A model generated the notes under the pieces. The model saw nothing but the letters and a program-made list of their open reading frames with translations. It did not search any database and was not told the DNA's origin. A stretch of DNA of 64,000 nucleotides from Hormiphora californensis (taxonomy: Eukaryota > Animalia > Ctenophora): contig CM035358.1 of NCBI GenBank assembly GCA_020137815.1, forward strand, positions 2,232,001 to 2,296,000, in the 5' to 3' direction. Both the position numbers and the translations under genes were made by a program. Numbering within the stretch: position 1 is the stretch's first letter; every line of letters begins with the position of its first letter. Below are positions 16,539 to 26,964 of the stretch, piece by piece.

Positions 16539-19500
16539 ATTTGAGATCTCTTCCAACCCGGCCCTCGCGGTCGGTTAGGTTTAGTGATGAAGAAAAGTAC
16601 GAAGAGGAGAACGAACAAGACCACCGTTCCCCCTTCCTCGTCCTCGGATCCACGCTACAACTGCCCAGCATGTAATGTCTACTTGTACGAAGAAGATGAC
16701 ATCCCCTGTGTAGCTTGTGACAATTGTAACGGTTGGTTCCATTTAAAGTGTGTTGGTATTCCGGACTCAGACTATGCCAAAGTTACTGCCAAACCTCACT
16801 GGTACTGTCCCAGCTGTATTAGGCTTCCAAACTTTATACCTGCAGCTCCCCTCAAGACATCATGGGGTAAGCTGTCAGGCCAAGCTCTTTCTGATTCCTT
16901 CTCACGCCTCCTCGTCTCTGTTTCCTCTTTCCGTCCCAACCTTTTCAAGCTTCCTTCCGGAAGTTCCGGCAAGCAGTTTATAACTGAATGCACCCGGCTC
17001 ATCAAGGAATGGAACTCTTCTTCTGGCCTTGAGAGTGTTGCAATAACAGCCATCCATCTCATGGGTCCTCTCCTATTGCAAAACCCTGGTAAAAAATCCA
17101 AACCAAGTGAGCAATCGGCTGCCCTTCTCAGACGTTTACTCCTTTGGCAAGCTGGCGAATTTCACACTTTACTATCAGAGTGCATGGTTATTCAGTCCAG
17201 GTTACCTAAGTCTACAACATCAGACAACAGAAGGGGTTTTGTAAGGATGATGTTTACAGGGAGAGTCGGAGCTGCACTACGACTACTCAGTGCTACTCCC
17301 TCTGCAGCCCTCGACATCACCCCCGAGGTGTTGGAAAACCTCAAGGAAAAGCACCCGGATGCTGCTCCTCTCAGTCCTGATCACCTCGTGTCTACCCAGC
17401 TCCCTCCTTCTTTCGAACCCGCCATTTTTCATGACCTCAACTCGGATACCATAAGGCGAGCTGCTGCTGCCACAAAGGGTGGTGCCGGCCCAAGTGGTAT
17501 GTCAGACGGCCTCTGGACCCGTATGCTCTGCAGTAAAGCTTTTAGAAAGGCTTCCGATGACCTTTCTCACGAAGTTGCCATCATGACGAGACGTCTATGC
17601 ACGGTTTATGTCGACCCCAGCTCACTAACTGCGTTCCTGTCCTGCAAGCTAATTGCCTTGGACAAGAATCCTGGGATAAGGCCTATCGGTGTTGGCGAGG
17701 TTCTCCGTCGGATAGTAGGTCGAGCAGTAGCACAACATCTCAAACCCGAAATCATTCAGGCTGCCGGCCCCTTACAACTCGCTGCCGGCCAGCAAGGCGG
17801 AGCTGAAGCTGCTGTTCACTCAATGAGAGAATTCTATGCAGACGAGGGTACTGAGGCTGTTCTCCTAGCTGATGCTCGTAACGCGTTCAACATCCTAAAC
17901 CGGCAAACCGCCCTGGTGAACCTCAGGCACCTTTGTCCAGCTCTCTCCATCTTTGCGATAAACCTTTACCGTTTCCCAGTTCGTCTATATCTCTCCAACG
18001 GCACATTTATCCTCTCTGCAGAAGGCACCACCCAAGGGTGTAACATCGCCTCTCCTTTCTATTGTATCAGTCTTCGCCCTCTCATCGACAAACTGTCAAG
18101 GACTTCCCCAAAACAGATTTTTTACGCTGATGATGGAGCCTCTGCCGGTTCCCTAATCGGTGTGAGAGAATGGTGGGACGCTCTGGTCACCAACGGTCCC
18201 GGTTACGGCTACTTCCCAAGACCGGATAAGTCAGTATTAATCGTAAAACCAGAACACCTTGAAAAAGCAAAGTCGATCTTTTCAGACACTGCTGTAATCA
18301 TCAAATCAGACGGCCACAGATACCTGGGCGCTCCTATTGGTACCTTAGATTACCAGCGGGAATATGTGGCCAAGGATGTTTGCCGCTGGGTAACGGATGT
18401 CACAGCGATCTCCAAAATTGCTGAAACTGAACCCCAGGCAGCATACTCGGCTTTCTGTATGGGGCTGTCAAAGAGATTTCTCTTTCTAATGAGGACGACC
18501 CCGAACATCTCTGAGCTCTTCAGGCCCTTGGAGTCAACAATTTCATCTGTTCTCCTTCCAGCTATCCTCAACAATCACTTCACCCCTCTACACCGAGAAC
18601 TGTTTTCCCTGCCTTGCAGAAACGGAGGACTTGGTATTGAAAATCCATGTGAAGTCGCGGATCTTGAGTATCAACGATCCCTTCATGCTACTGCACCGCT
18701 CTCTCAGATTATTACTGAACAGAACATAAATATTACTGATGAGAGAGCGGTTGCTGTTGCTAAGGGGTTAAAAACAGCCAAGCAGGAAGTAATTCAGATG
18801 AAAAAAGAACACCATAAAAATCGTTTATCTGCTGTTTCCGACCAGCTAGCCCCAGACTATCGCAGACTCCATGATGAGCTTTGTAGACGTGGCTCTTCCA
18901 CCTGGTTGACAACCCTTCCCTTGGAGGAACACGGCTTCAATCTCAACAAATCCGAGTTTCGTGATGCTCTTGCCCTGAGGTATGACCTTTCCCTTCGGGA
19001 GTTTCCCAACCATTGTGCTTGTGGTAAACCAAACTCCATTGAACACTGTCTAACTTGTGCTCGTGGAGGCTATGTGCATCTCAGGCACAACCAGATTCGC
19101 GATCTAACTGCCAATCTTCTAGTGGAGGCTGGGTGTACGGATGTTAAAGTGGAGCCCCATCTTCTCCCTCTAACTGGTGAGACTCTCCAATATGCCTCCG
19201 CGATCACCAATGATGAGGCACGTCTTGATGTCTCGGCTCGTGGTGTCTGGTCTGACTTATCAAAACTGTTCATTGATGTCCGCATCTTCAATTCTCGAGC
19301 CCCAACCAACAAATCATTGCCAGTCAACAAGGTTTTGAAGAAGCACGAGGACGAGAAGAAGCGTGCTTATGGAGAGCGTGTACTGCAGGTGGAGAAAAGC
19401 TCCTTCACACCAGCTGTTTTCTCTACCTCTGGAATCATGGGCGATGAGGCTGACAAACTTTACAAACAAATTGCCCACCTACTCTCAAAAAAGACCAAAC

Positions 19501-19754
19501 AGTCCTACCCCGATTGCATCCGGTATATCAGACAGAGACTATCTTTCTGCCTGTTAAAAACTCTTATCATTAGTCTCCGGGGTCATCGTGGCCAGAGCCC
19601 GAAGAGTTTTAGTGATCGCAATGACATTAACATTTTATACATGATTAAAAACAATAACCAGAATTAATTTATTATACCCAATTTATGTACAGATAAGATT
19701 GATTTCTATATCCATTTTACTAATTGAACCGGTACCCCGGCTTTCGAAAAAGGG
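16539..19754 (+). mobile_element. CRE-clade non-LTR retrotransposon, copy B, apparently full length
   Basis: 8-bp TSD AAGAATTA at 16531-16538 and 19755-19762; single intact ORF. Confidence 0.88.
16584..19667 (+). CDS. PHD finger - reverse transcriptase - CCHC - restriction-like endonuclease polyprotein (~1026 aa; first ATG at 16587)
   Basis: PHD CPAC..CDNC..WFHLKC..WYCPSC; RT RPIGVGEVLRR, DARNAFN, GTTQG, YADD; CACG..HCLTC; RHNQIRD, RLDVSARG, DVRIF, EKKRAY. Confidence 0.93.
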   Translation: MMKKSTKRRTNKTTVPPSSSSDPRYNCPACNVYLYEEDDIPCVACDNCNGWFHLKCVGIPDSDYAKVTAKPHWYCPSCIRLPNFIPAAPLKTSWGKLSGQALSDSFSRLLVSVSSFRPNLFKLPSGSSGKQFITECTRLIKEWNSSSGLESVAITAIHLMGPLLLQNPGKKSKPSEQSAALLRRLLLWQAGEFHTLLSECMVIQSRLPKSTTSDNRRGFVRMMFTGRVGAALRLLSATPSAALDITPEVLENLKEKHPDAAPLSPDHLVSTQLPPSFEPAIFHDLNSDTIRRAAAATKGGAGPSGMSDGLWTRMLCSKAFRKASDDLSHEVAIMTRRLCTVYVDPSSLTAFLSCKLIALDKNPGIRPIGVGEVLRRIVGRAVAQHLKPEIIQAAGPLQLAAGQQGGAEAAVHSMREFYADEGTEAVLLADARNAFNILNRQTALVNLRHLCPALSIFAINLYRFPVRLYLSNGTFILSAEGTTQGCNIASPFYCISLRPLIDKLSRTSPKQIFYADDGASAGSLIGVREWWDALVTNGPGYGYFPRPDKSVLIVKPEHLEKAKSIFSDTAVIIKSDGHRYLGAPIGTLDYQREYVAKDVCRWVTDVTAISKIAETEPQAAYSAFCMGLSKRFLFLMRTTPNISELFRPLESTISSVLLPAILNNHFTPLHRELFSLPCRNGGLGIENPCEVADLEYQRSLHATAPLSQIITEQNINITDERAVAVAKGLKTAKQEVIQMKKEHHKNRLSAVSDQLAPDYRRLHDELCRRGSSTWLTTLPLEEHGFNLNKSEFRDALALRYDLSLREFPNHCACGKPNSIEHCLTCARGGYVHLRHNQIRDLTANLLVEAGCTDVKVEPHLLPLTGETLQYASAITNDEARLDVSARGVWSDLSKLFIDVRIFNSRAPTNKSLPVNKVLKKHEDEKKRAYGERVLQVEKSSFTPAVFSTSGIMGDEADKLYKQIAHLLSKKTKQSYPDCIRYIRQRLSFCLLKTLIISLRGHRGQSPKSFSDRNDINILYMIKNNNQN

Positions 19755-20190
19755 AAGAATTACGGGTCAAGTCGCTTGAAACGGACTTTAATGATAAGAG
19801 AACCGTCGCGCTCTTTGATTTTGGTGGAAAGGGAAATGAGATAACGTGGTCAGAAGTCGTTTAAAAAAACTGGCGTGGTTGAAATTTCATTTTGAAATTT
19901 TTATTTGGCAATGAATTATTTAATTAATTAATACAGGCGCGGCGCCGCGCGGCGCTATTTTGTTATTTGCGCGTTACGTGAAAGAGTCAGTTTTTAGCGC
20001 CGCGCCAGCCAGTGCAGAAGATGACTCGCTCAGCTCTGTCACATTTTTTTCTCAGTCTGTTTTTCGGTTTCTAACTTTCTAGATCCTCTTGGCTTTTTGG
20101 TTGCCTGATGCCTCAGTTTTATAACGTTCAGACACAATTCAGTGTTTTCCTTCTTCCGATATGTAACACTGAAATGTATGATAGCTCAAA

Positions 20191-22751
20191 ATGTCCTCAA
20201 GAAAGCGGAAAATGTCAAAAGAACCCAGTCCCACCAAAGGCCGAAGGTACCAAACCATGAAACACACTGTTCCTATCCTCTTTTAACACGTCTCCGTTTC
20301 AGAGAATCAAAGTTCAGACACGCCAAGATACAGGCGAGATTTAACTTTACAAACGAACAACCCCAGCCTCCTGTAAAATCGAAAAGACCCGCGATGAAAA
20401 AGCAGTCTACTAAACTTCACAGTTGTAAGGACTGTGATTACCAAACTAATGTTATCCTTTCTTTGTACGACCACCACGCCAAGCATCACGGTGAAAGTAA
20501 CGCCTTCAAATGCACGGTCTGTTCTGAGGCTCGAACCAGCAGGTACTACCTGATGAAGCATGTCGATGAGGAACACGGGGGTTGGGAACAATGTAGACCA
20601 GTAGAGGAGAAGGAGAATAAAGAGGGAGATGTGAATCTGGGAGAAGAAGAGGGAGATGTTAAACAACGAGAAGAGGAGGAAGATGTAAAAGATGGGGAAG
20701 GAGGAGGAAGAAGACGATTCTGTGGAGGAAGATGTTGCGATGATTGGCAGGATTCTCCAAGGGTGATGAAGGTGAGTTTTTCATTATCCCTGACTTTCTG
20801 ATTAATTCCTTCCTGATATCCCCCCCCCCCCCGTTTCAATCATCTCCTTTCCTTCCTGACACCCCCCCTCCCCCGTTTCAATTGACTCTGACACCCCCCC
20901 CCCCTTTTTTAATTAATGACAACACCCCCCCTCGTTTCAGATGGTGATAAGGAGTTTCAGTGTCTCGATGCCAAATGCTCCTACACCTCTAAGTCGCGTA
21001 CCGCATTTCGAAGGCACGTTAAGAAAAGACACAAAAACAAACTAGGGATGTTCGCCTCACTTAATAAAAGACTCGAGGGTTACGTAAAAAAGGGGCCGCC
21101 TTATGGACCTTATCTGAGAGCTAGAAAGAAGAAAGAGAAGAAGTGGCTTTGTGAGCACGAGGGTTGCGGGTATAAGACGGTCACTGAGTGGCACCTGGTG
21201 AACCACAGGAGAATGCATACGGGCGAGAAACCTTTTCAATGTGAGGAGAAGGGATGTGAGAGGAGATTCTCTAAACTTCACTCTCTGAGACGACACGTTG
21301 AGACAGTCCACTGCACTGAAAAGACAATATCATGTGATCAATGTGAATACAAATGTGCATCTAAAGACTACCTCCGACAGCATACAGCCCACAAACACGG
21401 CACCAAGAAATCCTGCCCGTATTGCACCTACAGAACATGTCGAAACATCGAACCTCACATCACCAAGCTTCACCCCCACACGTGTGGGGAGTGTGAGTGG
21501 GAGTTCAGGAGCGAGAGTGAGGTGAGAGAACACAAGGGGAGGCATGTGGTGGGAGTGGGAATTAGGTGTGAGCACTGTACTGTTGTAGCGGGCAAGGAAG
21601 ACCTTCTGATACATTATCGGACAACACACAATGTGGAGCTGCGGTTCAAGCTGTTTTTCTCACGAAAAGAATCAGCACAGTGCATCCGGCCATCGTGTGA
21701 CAAGTGTGATTACGAGTTTGAAACAGTTGAAAGTTGGCAGAAACACAAGACGCTCCACACGGAGGGGGGAGGAGTTAAATGTGAGGTCTGTGGAGTGGCA
21801 TGTGTGGATATGGCCTCCGTTCTAACCCATCTGAGGGATATCCACCAAATCACGATCCCGGATGGTGACCCCAGACCAGTTGAGTGTATGTCATTGTCCT
21901 GTAAGATCTGTGGACATGAGTTCTTCTCCCCTGCTACCCTCCGCCGACACATTGCCCTTCACCAGCCAGATGGTAGTATAAAGTGTTCCCACTGCCCCTT
22001 TATAGCACCAAATATGGGAATAATGGTGCAACACGATAACACGGATCATTACCAACCCCCTACCAAACGCAGAAAACCAAAACAGCCAAAGGGACAGGCA
22101 CACCTGTGTAGGGAGTGTGGGATGTCATTTGATAGTCCTAGCTCCCTTAAGCTTCACATCCGGGTCGACCATAATGTCGATTCTGAAGATGAAGATAATA
22201 TTGGGCAGGAACAGCAAGTTTTGGAGTTCAGGTGCCCTGCTTGTGGCTGGTTATTTGAGGGTAAAAGTGAAGCTGATCAGCACATTCAGTGTCATCTGCC
22301 TGATGGCTCACTATCTTGTTCCCTTTGTGTGCACCGTGCTGTCAGTATGGACTCCCTTGTTGCTCACATGAAAGTAGCCCATAGCTTGGTGCTAAGGGCT
22401 AAGAAACCCACCACAGCACTCCTTGGTTCGGTTCCCCCCTCGTTTCTGTTCCATTCTGCAGTGTATGCCCAGCAAGGGGCACAAGTTGGGGCCCTGGGGT
22501 TTCATGTGCCACACCAAGGGGCCAGTAGTCACCTTGTTGGCCAGCAAGGAGTGGCTCAAAACTTTAATCCCCCATCAGCAGCAGCAGTGGCAGCTCAGAA
22601 CTTTAATCATTCCTCAACAGCAGCAGTTGCTCAGAGTTTCAGTCGGCCATCCTGTGCCCTGCAGCAACCAGGTCCCGGGTATACTAACTTAGCAGGCATT
22701 TTGCAGCAGGCTCAACCTGACTTTTTATCTGCACCGTATCTACAGAAGTAA
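20191..22751 (+). CDS. Multi-C2H2 zinc-finger protein; exons ~20191-20246, 20303-20771, 20941-22751 (apparent indels at 20700-20760)
   Basis: More than 15 CxxC...HxxxH units including an HTGEKPF linker; GT-AG introns; Q/A-rich tail. Confidence 0.85.
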
Positions 22752-23212
22752 TGGTTTCTGTTGTTGTGCGGTGAGACAAGACCGAACAATGTATTGTTTT
22801 CTGTTGTTGTAAAACTGACAATACGTCTAAAAACTGCTAACAAATATTATGGAAAGTGTTTTACAAAATGTTTTAATTTAAAAAGTATATTTTTGTCCCC
22901 CAATTCACCAGTTTTAAATAATCTTACTGTGTAAGTAATTACTCCCCTGTTCTTTATTGAATTTGTTTGCTGAAAACTCTATTTTATGTTACATTTATTC
23001 TTCTGTTATAACTGGTGTTTGAATCCCGTCCCAGCCCCTACCCAAGTACTCAGACCTCCACTCAATTTGTTAAAGCGACCCCCTCCCCCGCTGAGTGTTA
23101 TAAAGGCTAAAGCCCCCCCCCCCCCACTCTAGCTCTACTCCCTAACACCCAAAATGTTCAATGTATATAGCCCTTCCTAACACCCGAAATGTTCGATATA
23201 GCCCTGTAGAAG

Positions 23213-26167
23213 ATGGAAGGAAGTCAAACCCAAACAGAACAACAGGAGCAACAGGCCACTCCTGGAAATGACATCTCACACATCAAGGTAAAATTGAATT
23301 CTTTCGACTAAATAATTTGAGAACTCTCAACGTGAATTAGTGGCAATAATAGTTTTTTTCATCCCCTCTCTGATCTATGGGTGTGTCAGTATAAAACTAA
23401 ACTGCTCTCTCCCTCTGTATTTAAATCTCTCTCTCTGTTTTACAGGGTTACCTGATGAAAGATCCCAAGACCTCACTAATGAACCTGGCACGTGTATTTG
23501 TAGCTGTTAACGGGTTAATATTTGGCGTGACGTCATTCTTCCACCCGGCCATGGCTTACTCAGCCTTCCAAAGGGTCATCATGGGATTTGGATTTGCATC
23601 CATACTTCGACTGAGCCAGAGGATTGGGGTGAGTGATTAGTAGGTAATATATATGACGTCATCACATGCCCAAATATGGTCACCACGTGACATGATGATG
23701 GATTTGAAGTGTAATATTGGTTTTAATTAAGGTAGCACGTGTAGTACACTGGGTAAAGTTCAATCATGTACCGGCCAAATTATAGAGAGTCCCTCAACCT
23801 TCGCTGTATCTCCCTCTCACTCTAAACTCCGAGTCTTTCTCGTCCTCGTACAAATCCCCCTCCATCTCGAACCCCCTCCCCTTCTCTCTCCCTGCCCAAA
23901 CCCCTCCTTCTCCTCCCCTCCTCTTACAAATCATTCTTTCTTCATCCCCTCCTTACCTAATTCCCTCCTTCTCTCTCCCTGCCCAAACCCCTCCTTCTCC
24001 TCCCCTCCTCTTACAAATCATTCTCTCTTCATCCCCTCCTTACCTAAATCCCTCCTTCTCCCCTCAGACGACAACTCCCGCAGACATGTCCTGGGGCTCC
24101 CTGAAGCAGTACATGATGTCAACTGTGCTGGAAGACAGTGCTCACTATGTCCTCTTTGCGTTTAATTTCTATGGTTATAAACCGACCACTATAGTTGGGA
24201 TGGTGCCAACACTATATTGCATTATGCAGGGCAGCAGCTTTATCATCAACATGCTACAGGTACAGGCCACTGGGTACGGTTCATGGGGTTGAGTACAGGG
24301 TAGTTGGTACATGGTACTGTAGGGTACAGATTGGGTACATCAGGTATAGATCTGGTGCCCACCTCATCATGTGAATCTAACCAACATTTTGTCCCCCATC
24401 TGATCAGGAGTGTAACGGAGGAACGTTTGCAGCACTAAAAACCCAGCTGGAAAAGGTTCGTGAAAACCAACAGAAACTGTTGAGAGTGGTTGCTACCGGA
24501 GAGATCTTCATCATGCCTCTTGTTATCCTCCAGCTATTCACCGGTTAGTTATACTCCCCCGTCCCCGACCCCACCCAGGGAATTCGCATTTTCAAGCTGT
24601 CCGAATCTGGAACAAGGGTTTAAAACCACCTTGTCCTGTTCGTTATTCAAAGAAGTTATACCACCCCCTCCTCTCCAGGTCAAAGTGGATCTATCCTGAC
24701 TCCCCTTGTTTACTACCAGTTCCTCATGCTCCGTTACATGAGCAGAAGGAACCCTTACGTGAGGAATGCCTTTACCGAGCTTCGTCTGGCGATTGTCCAA
24801 CTCGTATATAAACCTGCCTGTCCTGGGATCATCAGGAACGTCGTAATGAAAGGTAATTGCTGAGGGGGATTCTTCTTGTTTATTTCTTAAATTGAGACTT
24901 GAGTAAGGGGGCGCTTCTTGTTCATTTCTTATTTTAAGTAGGAGGAGCTATTCTTTAATTAATTATGTAATCTGTCATTATAATTGTTCGTGAAATAAAA
25001 ATAAAATCTTGGCGGATAGCACAGTGGGGCAAAATGCTGTTTGACCTGGAAGTAGGAAAAAATAGATTTCTCTTAAAATTTGTCAGTTGGAAGTAATATG
25101 TTCAAAGTTTTACTTGCGACAAACCGGAGTGAAAAATATCAATTTTTATGGATTTTATGATCAATTTTAGTCATGCGCATATCGCATTTTCAATTTTGAC
25201 ATTGAAATTAGACCTTAATTATATATTCTGCTGTATTCTACTATCTGGTCGGTTTGAAACATCATTTGGCACGTGGTAGTACTGGATAATTGCCAATTTA
25301 GTACAAAAAACCGTTTTAAAATTCATCTTGTCCCTGAAATATGATCGCGCATGAAAAAAAATCGGTTATTTTTCAGTAGAAAAGAACAAATATAGTTCCA
25401 GTACAACATAGTACAACCATGGGACCTTTTTTATTTCATTCTTTACACCTTCGTGAACACATTTCAACCGCCAGAACCCACCGCCAATGGCCGGAAAGTA
25501 TTTTTACAGCTATTTTTCGATGAAAATTTGCATAAAATTTTAGACTTAAATATTCAAAAGTTACCTAAATCCATCATAATATGTACATATTTTATGTTTT
25601 ATAGACCCAATTCGATGGTAACGATTATATTAGATGGTTTCCTAGCAGTGTTAACTTGAATTGTGCCAAAATTTTGTTTTTTAGGCCAATAAAACGTCAA
25701 AAAAGGCCGAAAATTGACGAAAAACTAGTCCACCCATGGCCATAACCCATTTTAAGGATGGGAAATATGAACTGAAGCCATCTACAATCAATAGTTATGC
25801 TGATACAGTGTTAAAATCAGCCCTATTGGCGAAATTAGAGCACGAATAGGCTAAAATAACGATTTTTCGCCCAAATCTCAAATTTGGAATAGAAACTTTC
25901 CTTGTGACTTTTTACAAAAATTCATTTTACGACCCAACTAAGCTAATTTCGGCTTTCTTGGCTGCTTGAATGAACTTAACAAGTTAAAATAAGCTATTAT
26001 AGAGTCATTTGACCACGAATGTCTCACTACTTTAGCGAAAAACCCCTACTTCCACCTCAAATAGCATTTTGCCCCACTGTGGATAGTTTTTGACACAACT
26101 CCCTATTTCAGTAATCTCCCTCATCGAGCGACTCTCCCCCATGGCGTACCAACAAACCGCCCAGTAA
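23213..26167 (+). CDS. TMEM33: Transmembrane protein 33 (Pom33 family), ~271 aa; exons 23213-23287, 23446-23628, 24068-24259, 24408-24543, 24679-24852, 26112-26167
   Basis: LRLSQR, LEDSAHY, EIFIMP and YYQFLMLRYMSRRNPYVRNAFTELR motifs; exons total 816 nt in frame. Confidence 0.9.
23870..24062. repeat. ~87-bp pyrimidine-rich tandem duplication in a TMEM33 intron
   Basis: CCCTGCCCAAACCCCTCCTTCTCCTCCCCTCCTCTTACAAATCATTC occurs twice. Confidence 0.75.
25020..26081. mobile_element. Non-autonomous Transib DNA transposon in the last TMEM33 intron
   Basis: CACAGTG...CACTGTG termini, ~37-bp TIR, and a perfect 5-bp TSD GATAG (25015-25019, 26082-26086). No transposase ORF. Confidence 0.88.
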
Positions 26168-26344
26168 ACTGCCCAGTAGTTGAGCTTACCAACAAACGGG
26201 CCAGGAGTTGAGCTTACCAACAAACGGAGCTGATTCAATCGAGGGTAACAACAAACGGGTATAAATATTGGGGACATTATATTGTGATGGCTGTGCTGAC
26301 TAATGTAGTAAATTATATACTTATGTCTTATATATGGTGAGAAA

Positions 26345-26453
26345 CAGGAACCGACCGAACCAAGTAAACAACCAATCAGAGCTTGTTATTTAGGTCACGT
26401 GACTGGTTATCAGCCAATCAGGGACCAGTATTTCCTGATTCGGTCGGTTCATG
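26345..26453. mobile_element. hAT-type MITE
   Basis: CAGGAACCGACCGAA...TTCGGTCGGTTCATG TIRs and an 8-bp TSD GTGAGAAA; a second copy lies at 37937-38045. Confidence 0.8.
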
Positions 26454-26964
26454 GTGAGAAAGTGTATTATTTGTGGAGGTATTTGTTTGAGATGGTGTAG
26501 AACGTTGCTAGTATGTCATGGACAAGTCATGTTACAATATATTATCATTAATAATAACTGGATTAGTCATTTATTTTGTTGATACAATTATAGAAGGGGG
26601 TATTTTATAGTTACACACATATTGGTTATTGCTGATTCTGGCCTTATTATTTCGACATAAAAAGTGAGCAAAGTTCAATGTTCCTCTTTGTGTTCACTGC
26701 CTCTGAGCTGTGTGAGAGGTCTGGTATAATACTTTGTGTGTTAAAAGTAGAATTTTGTGTAGAGTTTTTTGCTAAGTGGTATATATTCCAAATATATTAA
26801 AATCAAATGTTTCTTTCTCCCTTACATTATGAACTTGATCTTACCTCTTACTTTACAAGAAACTCTTTCTCATTTCCCTTTCCCCTCCCCATCCCTCTAT
26901 ATCTCTCTGATCTCTCAACTACTCCAAATAGCACTAGCAACTACTCTCTCTAGCACTAGCAACT

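Larger units (their letters stand above)
16447..19787. mobile_element. ~117-bp TTAA-flanked MITE (Kolobok-like, AG...CT ends) split by CRE copy B
   Basis: TTAA at 16443-16446 and 19788-19791. TIR AGTGCGTTTCAAACGACTTGACC matches GGTCAAGTCGCTTGAAACGGACT at 21/23, extending to ~33/40 once the CRE and one TSD copy are removed. Confidence 0.75.

Noticed and set aside
16330-16545. SL RNA genes, or site-specific insertion into SL genes as with SLACS/NeSL
   Set aside because: The SL-like match is only 12-13 nt, has no following GT donor, and the 3' flanks are TSDs in unrelated sequence.
16546-16610. HDV-like or hammerhead ribozyme in the 5' UTR
   Set aside because: Only a simple hairpin is visible and no catalytic core could be fitted by eye; a covariance-model search would be needed to exclude it.
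13145-19754. A single bidirectional two-RT element, or a long dsRNA hairpin between the two CREs
   Set aside because: Each copy has its own distinct TSD, and the copies are too diverged in nucleotide sequence for an extended duplex.
23310-23321. AAATAATTTGAG SL-like word in TMEM33 intron 1
   Set aside because: Isolated AT-rich match with no junction, TSD or donor context; likely chance.
25020-25065. Full 12/23 recombination signal sequences
   Set aside because: Heptamer only; no ACAAAAACC nonamer at 12- or 23-bp spacing.
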